DNA from: Geosiphon pyriformis uo1
Lineage: Eukaryota > Fungi > Glomeromycota
Direction: 5' to 3'
Length of the DNA stretch: 64,000 nucleotides
Assembly: GCA_016748015.1 (NCBI GenBank)
Contig: JAAOMT010000512.1
Coordinates: 1,622,893-1,686,892 of the forward strand
The position numbers and the translations under genes were made by a program. Position 1 is the first letter of the stretch. The number at the start of each line of letters is the position of its first letter. The notes under the pieces were generated by a model, which had not been told where the DNA came from, ran no database searches, and worked only from the letters and a program-made list of their open reading frames with translations. This document shows, piece after piece, positions 41,901-52,705 of this stretch.

Positions 41901-43626
41901 CTCACTCATAGGACTTAGGAATTATTAACACCCAAACTTCTTTCCAACAATGTGAAACTGACTTATGCACCAAACAAATGTTCAAAAGATTCAGAAGCAA
42001 GCTTAGTACAGATCCATCACAATATTTTCAAAGTTCATTTGAAATACCAGACAAGCCAGCAGCTTTACCATCTGGTAAATTCTTAACCATACACATCAAG
42101 TCATCCAAACTAATAGCATCTATTACACCAAAAAAAGCATCATTATTAACATAATCCAATGACAGATATTGACACTGCCACAAATTGGAAATGCTCTTTA
42201 GCATGGCCCTTTTTCTTGTCCAATCTTCTATTATACCATTTATTTTACTCTTAACATCTACTGGGTCCAAAATCAAATTGCCATCAGAAACCAAATGGTT
42301 CAATATTACTTTGCAGAATAGATGTTCCAAAACACTATGAATTGTGTGGTCTTTGTTTATCACAAAATTCTCTATTTTTCTTTCGATAGCTAATCTAATG
42401 TCCAACTCTTTGGTTCACAATAACTCAACAAGCTTAGAGACACAATAAGATCTCCTCACACCATAGAGAGCAGAATGGACATGATCCAACCTCATATTAG
42501 AACACACAAGATCCCAAACAATAGAAGCTTTGTTACTATTCAGAGAAATCCAGTGTCTCAAAAGAAATACAAATTGGCCAGAGTCCACTTTGCAAGAAGC
42601 CTTTACAATTTTCAAAACCAAAATTTCTAGGTTATGTAACTTGGAAGACTTCTTGATAAACACCCCATTATAACTCTTAAACCATTTTTTTTTGAAAGCT
42701 TTGTCAGCCAAAAAAATCATTACTTTATAAACAATGTCTCACATAGCATCCAGATTAGAGAACCTCTTGACCAACCTAAACTTGTCCAAAAACATGGCAG
42801 TATTGGCCATAGTAGCATCCTTAAATACACATCATTTCACTTTATCTGCATTTTTTACATCAAATTTCCAATGATCTTTATTTGCCTGCTTGCATAGTGA
42901 ACTCAACTGGATATTAAGCAAACCACCCAAACCCATGGAAGTGGAAACTGCTTTATAATCAATATCAAAATAGTCCTCAATACTGGCCACACTACCATCT
43001 ATTACAGTACTGCCCAAACTTAAAGAAACAAAAATGTAATTGAAAACTTTAGCAACACCATAAGAATTGGTCCATATAGGCATCTTAGTGAACAAACTTC
43101 CTTCTAAAAAATCAACTAAACCTAAATCAAAGCACTTCCTGAAACTTGCACACTTCCGGGCACTGTCTTCATTGAAATTACCACCCAAAATCATGAAGAA
43201 GAATTCATTCACAGCTTTTGCAATTAGAGAGTTGATATCACCAGCCTGAAAGAACCAAACATCAGACAACACACCAGCATAAAGTTCCAAAATTGAAACA
43301 GAAAGCTTATTCTTAAAGAGCAATCTGACAGAAAGGAGATGTCCTGTCAATTCAGAAACTTTGCATATGTGTCTTACCAAAGAATTGTCCATGACAATAG
43401 CAATCCCAGAACCCATGTAACTAGAATTCATACTAGACATGAATACCCAAACACCATTAAATTTGTTGATAATCCATGGCCGAATCTTGTCCTTAAGTTT
43501 TGTCTCCATGAAAATTGAAACTAGATTGTCCATATTTTTGTGTTATCGAATAACATCAGCCTGTTTGGCTGGGTTATTCAAGTCCCTAACATTGCATGTG
43601 GCTATTTTCCAGACAAGATTGGTCAT
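38944..43626 (-). pseudogene. LINE B ORF2 (APE-RT-RNase H-ZnF)
   Basis: WKIATCNVR, ETKLK, GGNFNE; MHKAYNFVSW, QGEIFSPLL, FVDD; AIALALECVP...NSQAALD...KVKGHSG...ADELA. Confidence 0.9.
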
Positions 43627-45460
43627 TAAGAAGAAGAAGAAAGAATGCCAGAGCCCAAATCTGTATTCTTTATTTTGGCCAAAAGACCTATCACTATTCT
43701 AGAAAGATTCTTCAAAGTTTTTTCTATTTTTGACATAACTGAAGGATCAAAAACCACCACTCTTGCAACAGTCTTACCACCAGTGATTACACCCAAACCC
43801 TTACTCATTACTATATCCATCTCTTGATTTTGTGATAAAAGAGTTACCAACAGCTGACATCCAGGACTAAGCTGGAAAACTGTCAGCCTAGATGTGTCTA
43901 ATCTTTTAGCCAGCTTGTCGACATGCTCTATAAGGCTGACAAAACTGTGCTCAAGAGTGGCAAACTTATCATTTAATTCCAAAGACACTAACAGAGTAGG
44001 TTTTTTTTTCAAAGAGGAGCCAGCATCCAACAAACCATTCAGAATAGAAAAAGGGAGGAATGACAACCCACCAACAATCTTGGCTTATGAAACACCATCA
44101 AAGGAGACAGAACAAGCAACTGGTGCCAAATGTTTGGCATAAATGGCTGCCAGTCAGCTTTTATTTGCATCTGAAAAAAAATGACATGGCAGACTGCCAG
44201 AAGATAATTTCCTACCAGAAACACAGCTTAGAGAGGTATGACTCAACTTTCCACATTTTGTACACACTGCAGACCCAAGATGAGACCAATGGAGATGAAC
44301 ATCTTTTAACACCAGTATGGTTTCCATGACGGCATCCAATGAATCAGCTGACTCAAAACAAATAATAGCACATCTAGTTCAGGCATATATAACAAGATGA
44401 TAATTGATAGCACAAGTTTTCCCACCCACAGAACCAATGAAATCCCAGATGTTATAAGCAGTTGTTCCCATTGGTAGAGTATAGAGCAGTGCCCTATAGA
44501 GATCTCTCGCATTCCATGATTCCTTGTCTTGATCAGCTCTGGCCACACATACAGCATCCTTTCCAATCAGGATAGACCAACAAGCTGTGACTAAATCAGC
44601 CTGTTCACTCTTACCAAATTTAATTACAGCTTTCTGCCACAAACCCACCAACTGCATCTTGATCAACACTACCTCATCAAATTCAGATAGTGCAGCATGC
44701 ACAGTCTTTATTGATGTTTCAACTGGAATTTCTTTCAATACCACAGCCTGATCTGAGTATTCAGATGATTTTTTGAAATTGGTATTTACCAAGATTTTTG
44801 CCTTCTTAGCTTTTTTAGAAGCTTGTGCCAAACTCAATTCAGAAGTAAATGTTGCTCTAATAATCCCAGCAAATTTTGAGGGGGTAGAGGCCTTTTCAAA
44901 ACCATTGATTTTGAAAATAACTTTTTGACTATCATAAGCTTTTCCTGAGCAGATTTCTTAACAACATTGTCCAAACTGATGTTCAGAGCAAAAGATTTTC
45001 TAACAGAAATATTGACTATGTTTTTCAAAGGGGGAGGGAGAACCACAGATCTGTTTAAGAGAGTATTATCACCATCATTGTCCAAGAAGTCAATTTTCTC
45101 CAGTGGTTTACCCAGTGCTCTTTTGGTTTGAACTTTTGAACTCTTAGGAGTTCATTTCAAGTTTCTACCAGTGACAACACCACCTTCTCCATAATCAAAG
45201 CTGGTTTCCTCAACCAGAAATTTCTCCTCCATGTCCACACTATCTGACTCAGTAGTATCTCCAGTCTCAGAACTCCATGAACAATCACCTGACACCTTAA
45301 CAGCAGTGAATTTCCTATTACCAATATTATCTTCCAAAGCATCATCTTTCCTCTTCTTTTTAGATTCAGCAGACTTGACACCAATGTTAAAACCAGACTT
45401 CATAATAGACTTGTTCAGAACAGCAATACTAGGGCCAACAGTGGCCTCATAATCGAGCAA
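43623..45460 (-). pseudogene. LINE B ORF1
   Basis: VVLKEIPV, IKMQLVGLWQKAVIKF, RALLYTLPMGTTA and the CTKCGKLSHTSLSC knuckle. Confidence 0.82.
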
Positions 45461-46059
45461 AAATAGCTTGGAATTATTGTGCTAAATGGTGAAAAACTTC
45501 TTTCAGAAAACTTTTGCTCTTTTTTGGAAATTTTTGGAATGAACGAGAGAAAGAAGTTTTTTTTTTAATAGAAATTATAAGAATAATGTTATGTTAATTA
45601 ATATCTTAAATTTTAGCTAATAATAATATAAACTTTGTATAATTTAAAATTAAAGACCTTAATATTTTAAACTTCTTAAATATATATGTAATATATATTA
45701 AATTAAATATTATAAACTTATTTTGAATTGTTTTACTTAATAAAATTTTATTTATAATATAATTAAAAATAAGTTATCTTTTAAATTAACAAGTTTTTTG
45801 TTTTTGATTTTATATATTTTGAATACAAAAATTTTAATTGTAAATTTATAGATACTTAATATTTTTATTAGCATTTATATTAATTTTTATTAATATGTTA
45901 TTTTATATAATTATTGCTAAATTTCTTAAATTATTTAAAAATCTTATAATTAAAATATTAGTTAATTCAAATAATATTATTTCTTTAATTATTTTTCTTA
46001 ATATTATTTTTAATTATGTTAAAAACATAATTAATAATAATAAATTTAATAAAATATAT

Positions 46060-47025
46060 ATTTTTTTATTTACTTAATGAGTGCAGCCCAAAAACAATCT
46101 AGTACTATAGACCAAAAAAATAATCTAAACTAAATGTTAATCATGCACTTTCTACATGTGACTAGTCACTTGGACCAATCAAGGACACACTATGCTGAAA
46201 CAATAGGAGGTGGGAATAATTCCAACTCACAAATTTTTTCAATAACATCATTCAGATTTCTAGAATCAAAAATAAACTTACTAAGAAATAATCTAATAGA
46301 TTCAACACTACTCCTAACCTCAGCACCTGACATTTGCCACAAAGCAATAACATGCTTAACAGTATCTTTACTCAAAAGAGAAAGTTTGACAGCCTACATA
46401 TCATTATAATCTATGCTACCAAATTCAACTTTAGATCTAAGACAAGCAATGTCCTTAGACACACTAACCAAAAGATTGGCAAAATTGTTAGAAGCATATT
46501 TCATAGAAAGAAGATCTTTCTCTAATTAAACAGTCTTAATAGCATTATCATCAAGGAGACGAGGTACCAAGGCAACCAAAGAGCCAACTGGCTCAACAAT
46601 AGACTTTACCAAAGCAGCCAAATTTGAAATTTGCTTTTTCAAAGAGTTCAATCTGGACCCAACAGCAGGATCAAAAACAGTCACAGGAGAGACAAAAGCC
46701 ACCAAAGGAGGAAATTCAGATATAATAGGGGGAGCAGATGCCTTAGCATAAGACAAAGAACCAACAAAATGTGATTTAAACACCTTGGAAGCCTTAGAAA
46801 AGGGAGATAAAGCAACTTTACAGTTTACAGCCAAGTGACCTGTTTTTTGACACCGAAAACAATGTCAACAATTAGAAGTTTTCCACCAAATATGCATTTT
46901 CTAAGCATATCAGTATTGGCAACAACAAGGTCCAAATTAGCTTGGGAGCCAAACATAACTAGAGCAAAGCAGAGATAACGACCAGAATCAGGAGACCGAG
47001 AAATGAAATAAGACTGGCCACCTAA
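46060..47025 (-). mobile_element. 5'-truncated ORF1-only non-autonomous non-LTR element (HAL1-like; copy C)
   Basis: ORF1-type sequence (GGQSYFISRSP..., CFRCQKTGHLAVNC) continues in one frame through ORFs 46526-46834 and 46190-46375 to a stop at 46190. The LINE 3'UTR stem-loop and A-tail follow directly, with no ORF2. Confidence 0.78.
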
Positions 47026-47789
47026 AATATTATAATTTCAATTGGATTTATTTATTTATTTTAATATATTTAATATTAAATTTATTATTTATTATAGCAA
47101 TTAAAGCAAAAAAAAAGTTAATTAAATATTACTTTAAAATAAATACAACTGTAATACTTTGTATTATATTGAATTCAAAAAAAAAATTTTATTATTTTAC
47201 AAAATAAAATTTTTTAAATGATAATATTAATAAAACAAAAAAATTATAAGTTATTTATTTATTAAAATAGTTTTATTTTTCAATTTTCACATAATAAATA
47301 AATTTTTAAAATGTATATTCTTTTAAAATAAAGCATATATTAATCATAATATTTATATTAAATAATAATTTTTTATTAAATAGCAATTTTAATAATATTA
47401 TAATATTAATTATATAGTTTATATTAAAAACAAACTTTGATAATAATAATAAAAAAATTTAACAAAATTAATTTTATATTTTTGAAAAAATGATCAATAA
47501 AAAAATTGATATAATAATATAATAGAAGATATATTGCAAAAAATATCTATTTAAATTATTATTTTTATTAATAATTTAATAATTTAATAATTTAATATAT
47601 ATTAAACACAATTTTTTTATCTTATATATATAATTGTAATTATTTAATAATTCAAAAATTATTTCTGTAAATAAAAATATAATTGTAAATATAAGATCTT
47701 ATTTAATACTTAAAACTATAAGAACAATACAGTATTTTTGATTATAAATACAAAAATTATTAAAAAGAAAATTAGAACATAGTTTTTAA

Positions 47790-47995
47790 TAGTTAAATCT
47801 AAACATATTTATAAACTTTAAATCAAACTTAAATTGAACTTTTTGTTTAGGTTTGAGTTTGATTTAAGTTTAATGATTTTAAATTTAGTTTAAGTTTAAA
47901 TTCAAAATTTAACCAAAATTTTTATTCAAGTTTGATTTAATTTAATAATTCAATTAAACTTAAACTAAACTAAATTGAACATTTAATCCTTAATT
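47790..47995. repeat. Degenerate AAACTAAA/TTTGAGTTT repeat cluster (inverted relative of 29080-29270)
   Basis: See 29080-29270. Arrays such as aaacttaaactaaactaaattgaac and gtttgagtttgatttaagttt. Confidence 0.5.
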
Positions 47996-48548
47996 TAAGC
48001 TTTTGTTTTTATTATAAATTTAATTATAAAAGATGTTTTGAAAAAGAATTACAAATTTTGATTGGTTTTATAAAATATATGTAAAGCTTATAACTTTGTA
48101 ATATAATTTTATTTAAAAAATAATTTATTAAAAATAAAACTATATAAATATTTTATTAAGTTTTTTGAAAGTATTTACAATAATAAAATTAATCAATAAT
48201 AACAAATTTTAAATTTTTACAGAAATATAAAATATATAATAATTTGGTTTAAAATAAAATTTTTTTATTTTTATTTAAAAAATTTTCTATAACTTTTTAT
48301 TATATAAAATAAAAAGACATAAACATTTGTGTAACTATTAAATTAATACTAATTTTGTTGTTAAATTAAATAAAATAAAAATTCAAATTAATTTGACTAT
48401 ATATTTTATTTTATTTTTTTTTATTACAAGATTTACAAGTGAAGCCCAACTGCTATTTAATACATAGAACCAAACTAAGTGGAACTAACTAAATGCAGCT
48501 CATACACAAACTACATATAGCCAGCCACTCAGGCCAGACAAAACAACA

Positions 48549-51255
48549 CTACACACCTATGTTAACAAAAGCATCACCACCCAAGCCTGAAAAAAAATGA
48601 CACAATTTGTGTCTACCAAATCCAATAACAAAAGATTCTATAACACCAAGCATATGAATTACTTCAGCCAACAACTTAGAAACTATACCACCAGACAAAT
48701 CAGACACCAGGCCATTATCCCTAACCAAGCCAGTTTTTTCCATATTTACTCTATGCTTGGCCCTAATAGTTCATATTCTAGTGCAATACAACTTTACCAC
48801 AAACCTAATGTATTTTACCAGGGCTAGTGCAGCCTCCTTTTTCTCCTCAAAAACTGAGACAGCTTCAACATACCAATGTTTCATCACAAAATCCTTGCAA
48901 ACTGCTGTATAAAGATTTGCATCTGAAGAACATAATAAAAGCAAAAACAGAATAGCAGATGCAGACAAACACAAAAGGCCAGACATTGATATCCATTTTT
49001 TAGCAGCTTTGACCAAAATGTCCTCACAAAGACCAAAGTCACCAAAATAAGTAAAAACATGATCAGATAATTCCACCTCACCACACAACAAACACAACAC
49101 TCCAGAATAATCTTTGTTATACAATCTTTTTCTAACTGCAACTGGCAGTCGCCTATAGACAGCTTTCATTAGATACATACGCAGATTGGCAGACTTTCTA
49201 CTGGTAAACCCAGAAAGCATGTGTGAGTCAGGATGCCAAACTGTTGCAATAGCCCCCCAATCTATTTTCTTAATTATAATATCAGGAATTATATCAAAAT
49301 CCAGACCAGCCTCCCAACGGACATGACATATCAATCAGTATAAGTTTTGAACAAAATAACAAGCATTGCCAAATATGGCAGTTTTTTCAGTAACCAGAAA
49401 CCTCTCCCAAATTCTTACCAGCAAAAACAGAGATAAGAAAGTTGTCTCACTAGCCAATATATCAGTCCTAATATTGCCTAATACATCTGAGTGTCCCTTG
49501 ACTTTTACCCACTTAATTGAAATATTTTTATTTTTAAGGAGATTGTTTATATGCAATCTTTCGATCCAATATTGATTATGGAAGTCAGGCATAGTAACAA
49601 AAGCCTCGAAGATGCAGGCATCAATTGCAAATTAACTATTTGAATACAAAACAACTGAGCACAAAGATAGAACACACTCTAAAGCCAATGCCACAGCTTG
49701 TAATTTAGTCAAAGTAGAGAACAAGAACCCAGTCACTCTAACCCCAATACCAGCATTTGCAGCCAGAAAGTATGCAGCCATTCTACTTACCACCTTAGCA
49801 GAATCAGCATATCTTAAGAATTCATCCATATAAATCTCAATGCAATCAGACTACACTTCCAATAAGCTATCATGGACATCAAAAAACCTACCAGAATCCA
49901 AAACACTTGACATATTTTTCTTAACAGCAGTGGTAGCTCTATTTTCCAAAGAAACAGATTCATTCATAAAACCAGATGTCAGAAAGAACCAATGAGATAT
50001 TGGACTCCTTGGATCTAATCACTTTCAATAATGAAACGTCTTTCAGTCTATTACTTTTCCTTTCTTATCAAGAATTCTGTCACCAAATACAACACCAAAT
50101 CACTTCGATGAAAAAACATATTTGTAATACAAAGACTGACTCAAAATACCAGACATTGAAAAATTACCAGACCCATGAAAGACACTAGACAGATTGTTTG
50201 CCAATGACAATTCATTTTCCAAAAAAATTTTTATCACTTCTGCCAAAAAATTGTTTACAAAACTAACTCACAACCTAACAGAAAACTGTAAAAAATTCAG
50301 AGGAGTCCAACCCAGAACTTGCAAATCCAAGAATCTATGATCAAATAAGTGTCCAATAATGCTGCAGCCATTGGAAAATGAAATCAGTAATGCCATCTTT
50401 TCTTTAGACTGTACTTGCTTAAAGGGCTTCAAACCATATAAAAAAGAATAATACAAGACCTTGCTGGGAAAGTCACGTGGTAAACTAGCTTTGATTCTAA
50501 GACCTTTTCTAACCATAACATCCCACTTATGACACATAGTAAAAGAAACAAAACTGAACTGCATATGATAGCTAACTATGGATTGTAAAACTGCTAAAAC
50601 CAAATAACAGAATTGTTTGTCTGTAACAGCTTTTTTTAACACTATATTAGAAAAAAACCTGACATCTATATGAGCTTGAGCCAAACTAGACTTAGAAAAA
50701 CCCTTAGTTGACAAAAAGATGCCTAAATATTAGTGTGACTCACCCTTTTTAGCAATCAAAATTGGTGATTCATTGATCAACAGTGAAGTATTCTTAATTC
50801 TCTAATTGATAGGAACAACTACTGTTTTGTCATTGTTAATTGAAATGTCATTGACCACAAAAAATTTACTTGCAATGTTCAATATATATTGTGTAGATGT
50901 ATGACTACTTCCAACCCAAATTGTATTATCAACAAAAGCACCAGCAGCCAAAAAAAAAGTTTTTTCTCCACTTGCCTCGATCCTGCTAGACTTTGCCACA
51001 AACTTAGAATCAATTCTGTATTCACATAAGTGCTTATGTCTTTTCACCTCACACAAAAGCAGATTGTAAAATATCTTCCAAAGCAATGGAAAAAAGATCT
51101 CCCCTTGATCTAACTTATCATGTACCCTATAACCATCTAAAAGCCCAAAATCTATCATTACTCTGTTAACCTGGTTCTTATGGATGTCTCCAAAAAATCA
51201 GATAAAACATTTACACATTTTAATGTGATACAAGCTTGCCTGCAAATGAAGCCAG
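48549..51255 (-). pseudogene. LINE D ORF2, 3' part (RT C-half, RNase H, ZnF)
   Basis: QGEIFFPLLW, AAGAFVDN, KVKGHSDVLGNIRTD, CLLCGEVELSDHVF. Confidence 0.88.
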
Positions 51256-51982
51256 TGTTACGGTTTAAGAATTTAGCAAAAAGAATCATAAAAATAATAC
51301 AAACTATTCAATCATAATATAGCACAGTAATAATCTTAGAAAGATAATGATTAACATAGTAGCAAACACCATCTCGCGATAGTGGCAAGCACCAGTTCAC
51401 AATAGCAGTCAACACCAACTGGTGATAGCAGCAAACACCAGATTGAAATATCAAAAAGAAAGTATTTTTTCGTAGAACTACAAACATGTATATATACAGT
51501 AGTTTTAATATTGGGAAATAATCAATCAAGTAATAAAAATCATAACTTATCAAACAACAGATCCAATTTTATCCAACAAACTCCACTTTAAATCATACTT
51601 TCAAATTAAATATCCCAAGAAACCTTTAAAACAAAAAGAAATGAAAAAGAATATTTAAAACNNNNNNNNNNNNNNNNNNNNGCTAAAGACCATTAACATT
51701 CTGTGTTTCTAGATTAGAGAAACACATCAGGCAATTGCAAGGATAGCCTCAGAGAAGACCCCAGACAGTGGGTAGATTTCAGTTCAGCCTCTGAGAAGGA
51801 GTACATAAACACACACAACAATCAAAAATTAAAGAATAACTTACATTACAACAATAAAAAGAAAGCCTTCAGTGTAACAGTGACATTATCACACAAATAG
51901 AATTGAGGAACTCACGAAAGACTGATTGCAATTAAAGCGGGATATCAGCAATTAAATATAACAAGAAAACCATCCCGTAACA
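51256..51982 (+). repeat. 5' LTR (contains a 20-N assembly gap)
   Basis: Direct repeat of 58833-59699, starting TG and ending CA. Confidence 0.95.
51662..51681. other. Assembly gap (20 N)
   Basis: N run. The 3' LTR has about 160 bp at the equivalent position. Confidence 0.98.
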
Positions 51983-51984
51983 TT

Positions 51985-52002
51985 TGGTGAACCCTACGAG
52001 GA
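51985..52002 (+). promoter_or_regulatory. Primer binding site, probably tRNA-Trp
   Basis: TGGTGAACCCTACGAGGA lies 2 nt after the 5' LTR and resembles the Trp-type PBS TGGTGACCCCGACG. The tRNA assignment is an inference. Confidence 0.7.
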
Positions 52003-52332
52003 AAGAAAATCAAAAAGGAAATAATAATTAGCAATAATTCATTGCTAAAAAGGAAAAGACAAAAGTGGTGACAAAAACCCCTAATCTTACTGTTCTTGAA
52101 TTCTGCCATGCTATTTACACACAAAATCAAAGTGATCTTGGATTACCAGAAGGGTGTTGTCCAGCAGAATCTGCCCTCACTTATTATATCAATGCCAGAA
52201 TAAATTATCATATAGGAAAGGAAGAAGAACCACATGATGCAAAACTTGGATTGTATAGAGAATTATCACAATACACTACAAAAGAAGTAGCAGTAATAGC
52301 CGCAACTATTGTCAAAATCCATCGAGAAATTG

Positions 52333-52705
52333 NNNNNNNNNNNNNNNNNNNNNNNNNNNNNNNNNNNNNNNNNNNNNNNNNNNNNNNNNNNNNNNNNNNN
52401 NNNNNNNNNNNNNNNNNNNNNNNNNNNNNNNNNNNNNNNNNNNNNNNNNNNNNNNNNNNNNNNNNNNNNNNNNNNNNNNNNNNNNNNNNNNNNNNNNNNN
52501 NNNNNNNNNNNNNNNNNNNNNNNNNNNNNNNNNNNNNNNNNNNNNNNNNNNNNNNNNNNNNNNNNNNNNNNNNNNNNNNNNNNNNNNNNNNNNNNNNNNN
52601 NNNNNNNNNNNNNNNNNNNNNNNNNNNNNNNNNNNNNNNNNNNNNNNNNNNNNNNNNNNNNNNNNNNNNNNNNNNNNNNNNNNNNNNNNNNNNNNNNNNN
52701 NNNNN
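52333..52705. other. Assembly gap (373 N)
   Basis: N run inside the gag leader region. Confidence 0.98.

Larger units (their letters stand above)
38809..45561 (-). mobile_element. Full-length degenerate LINE (copy B, related subfamily)
   Basis: Same layout as copy A: T-run at ~38809, conserved 3'UTR, ORF2, ORF1, and the same 5' inverted repeat at 45492-45561. Confidence 0.92.

Noticed and set aside
30900-45600. Target-site duplications for LINE copies A and B
   Set aside because: Flanks are too AT-rich and decayed to call a TSD reliably.
45895-46077. 60-aa Ile/Asn/Phe-rich ORF
   Set aside because: Compositional artefact of the AT desert.
51308-51553. Small ORFs inside LTRs (51308-51553 and 63673-63870)
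   Set aside because: No recognisable motif, and not reported as matching ORFs in the other LTR copies.
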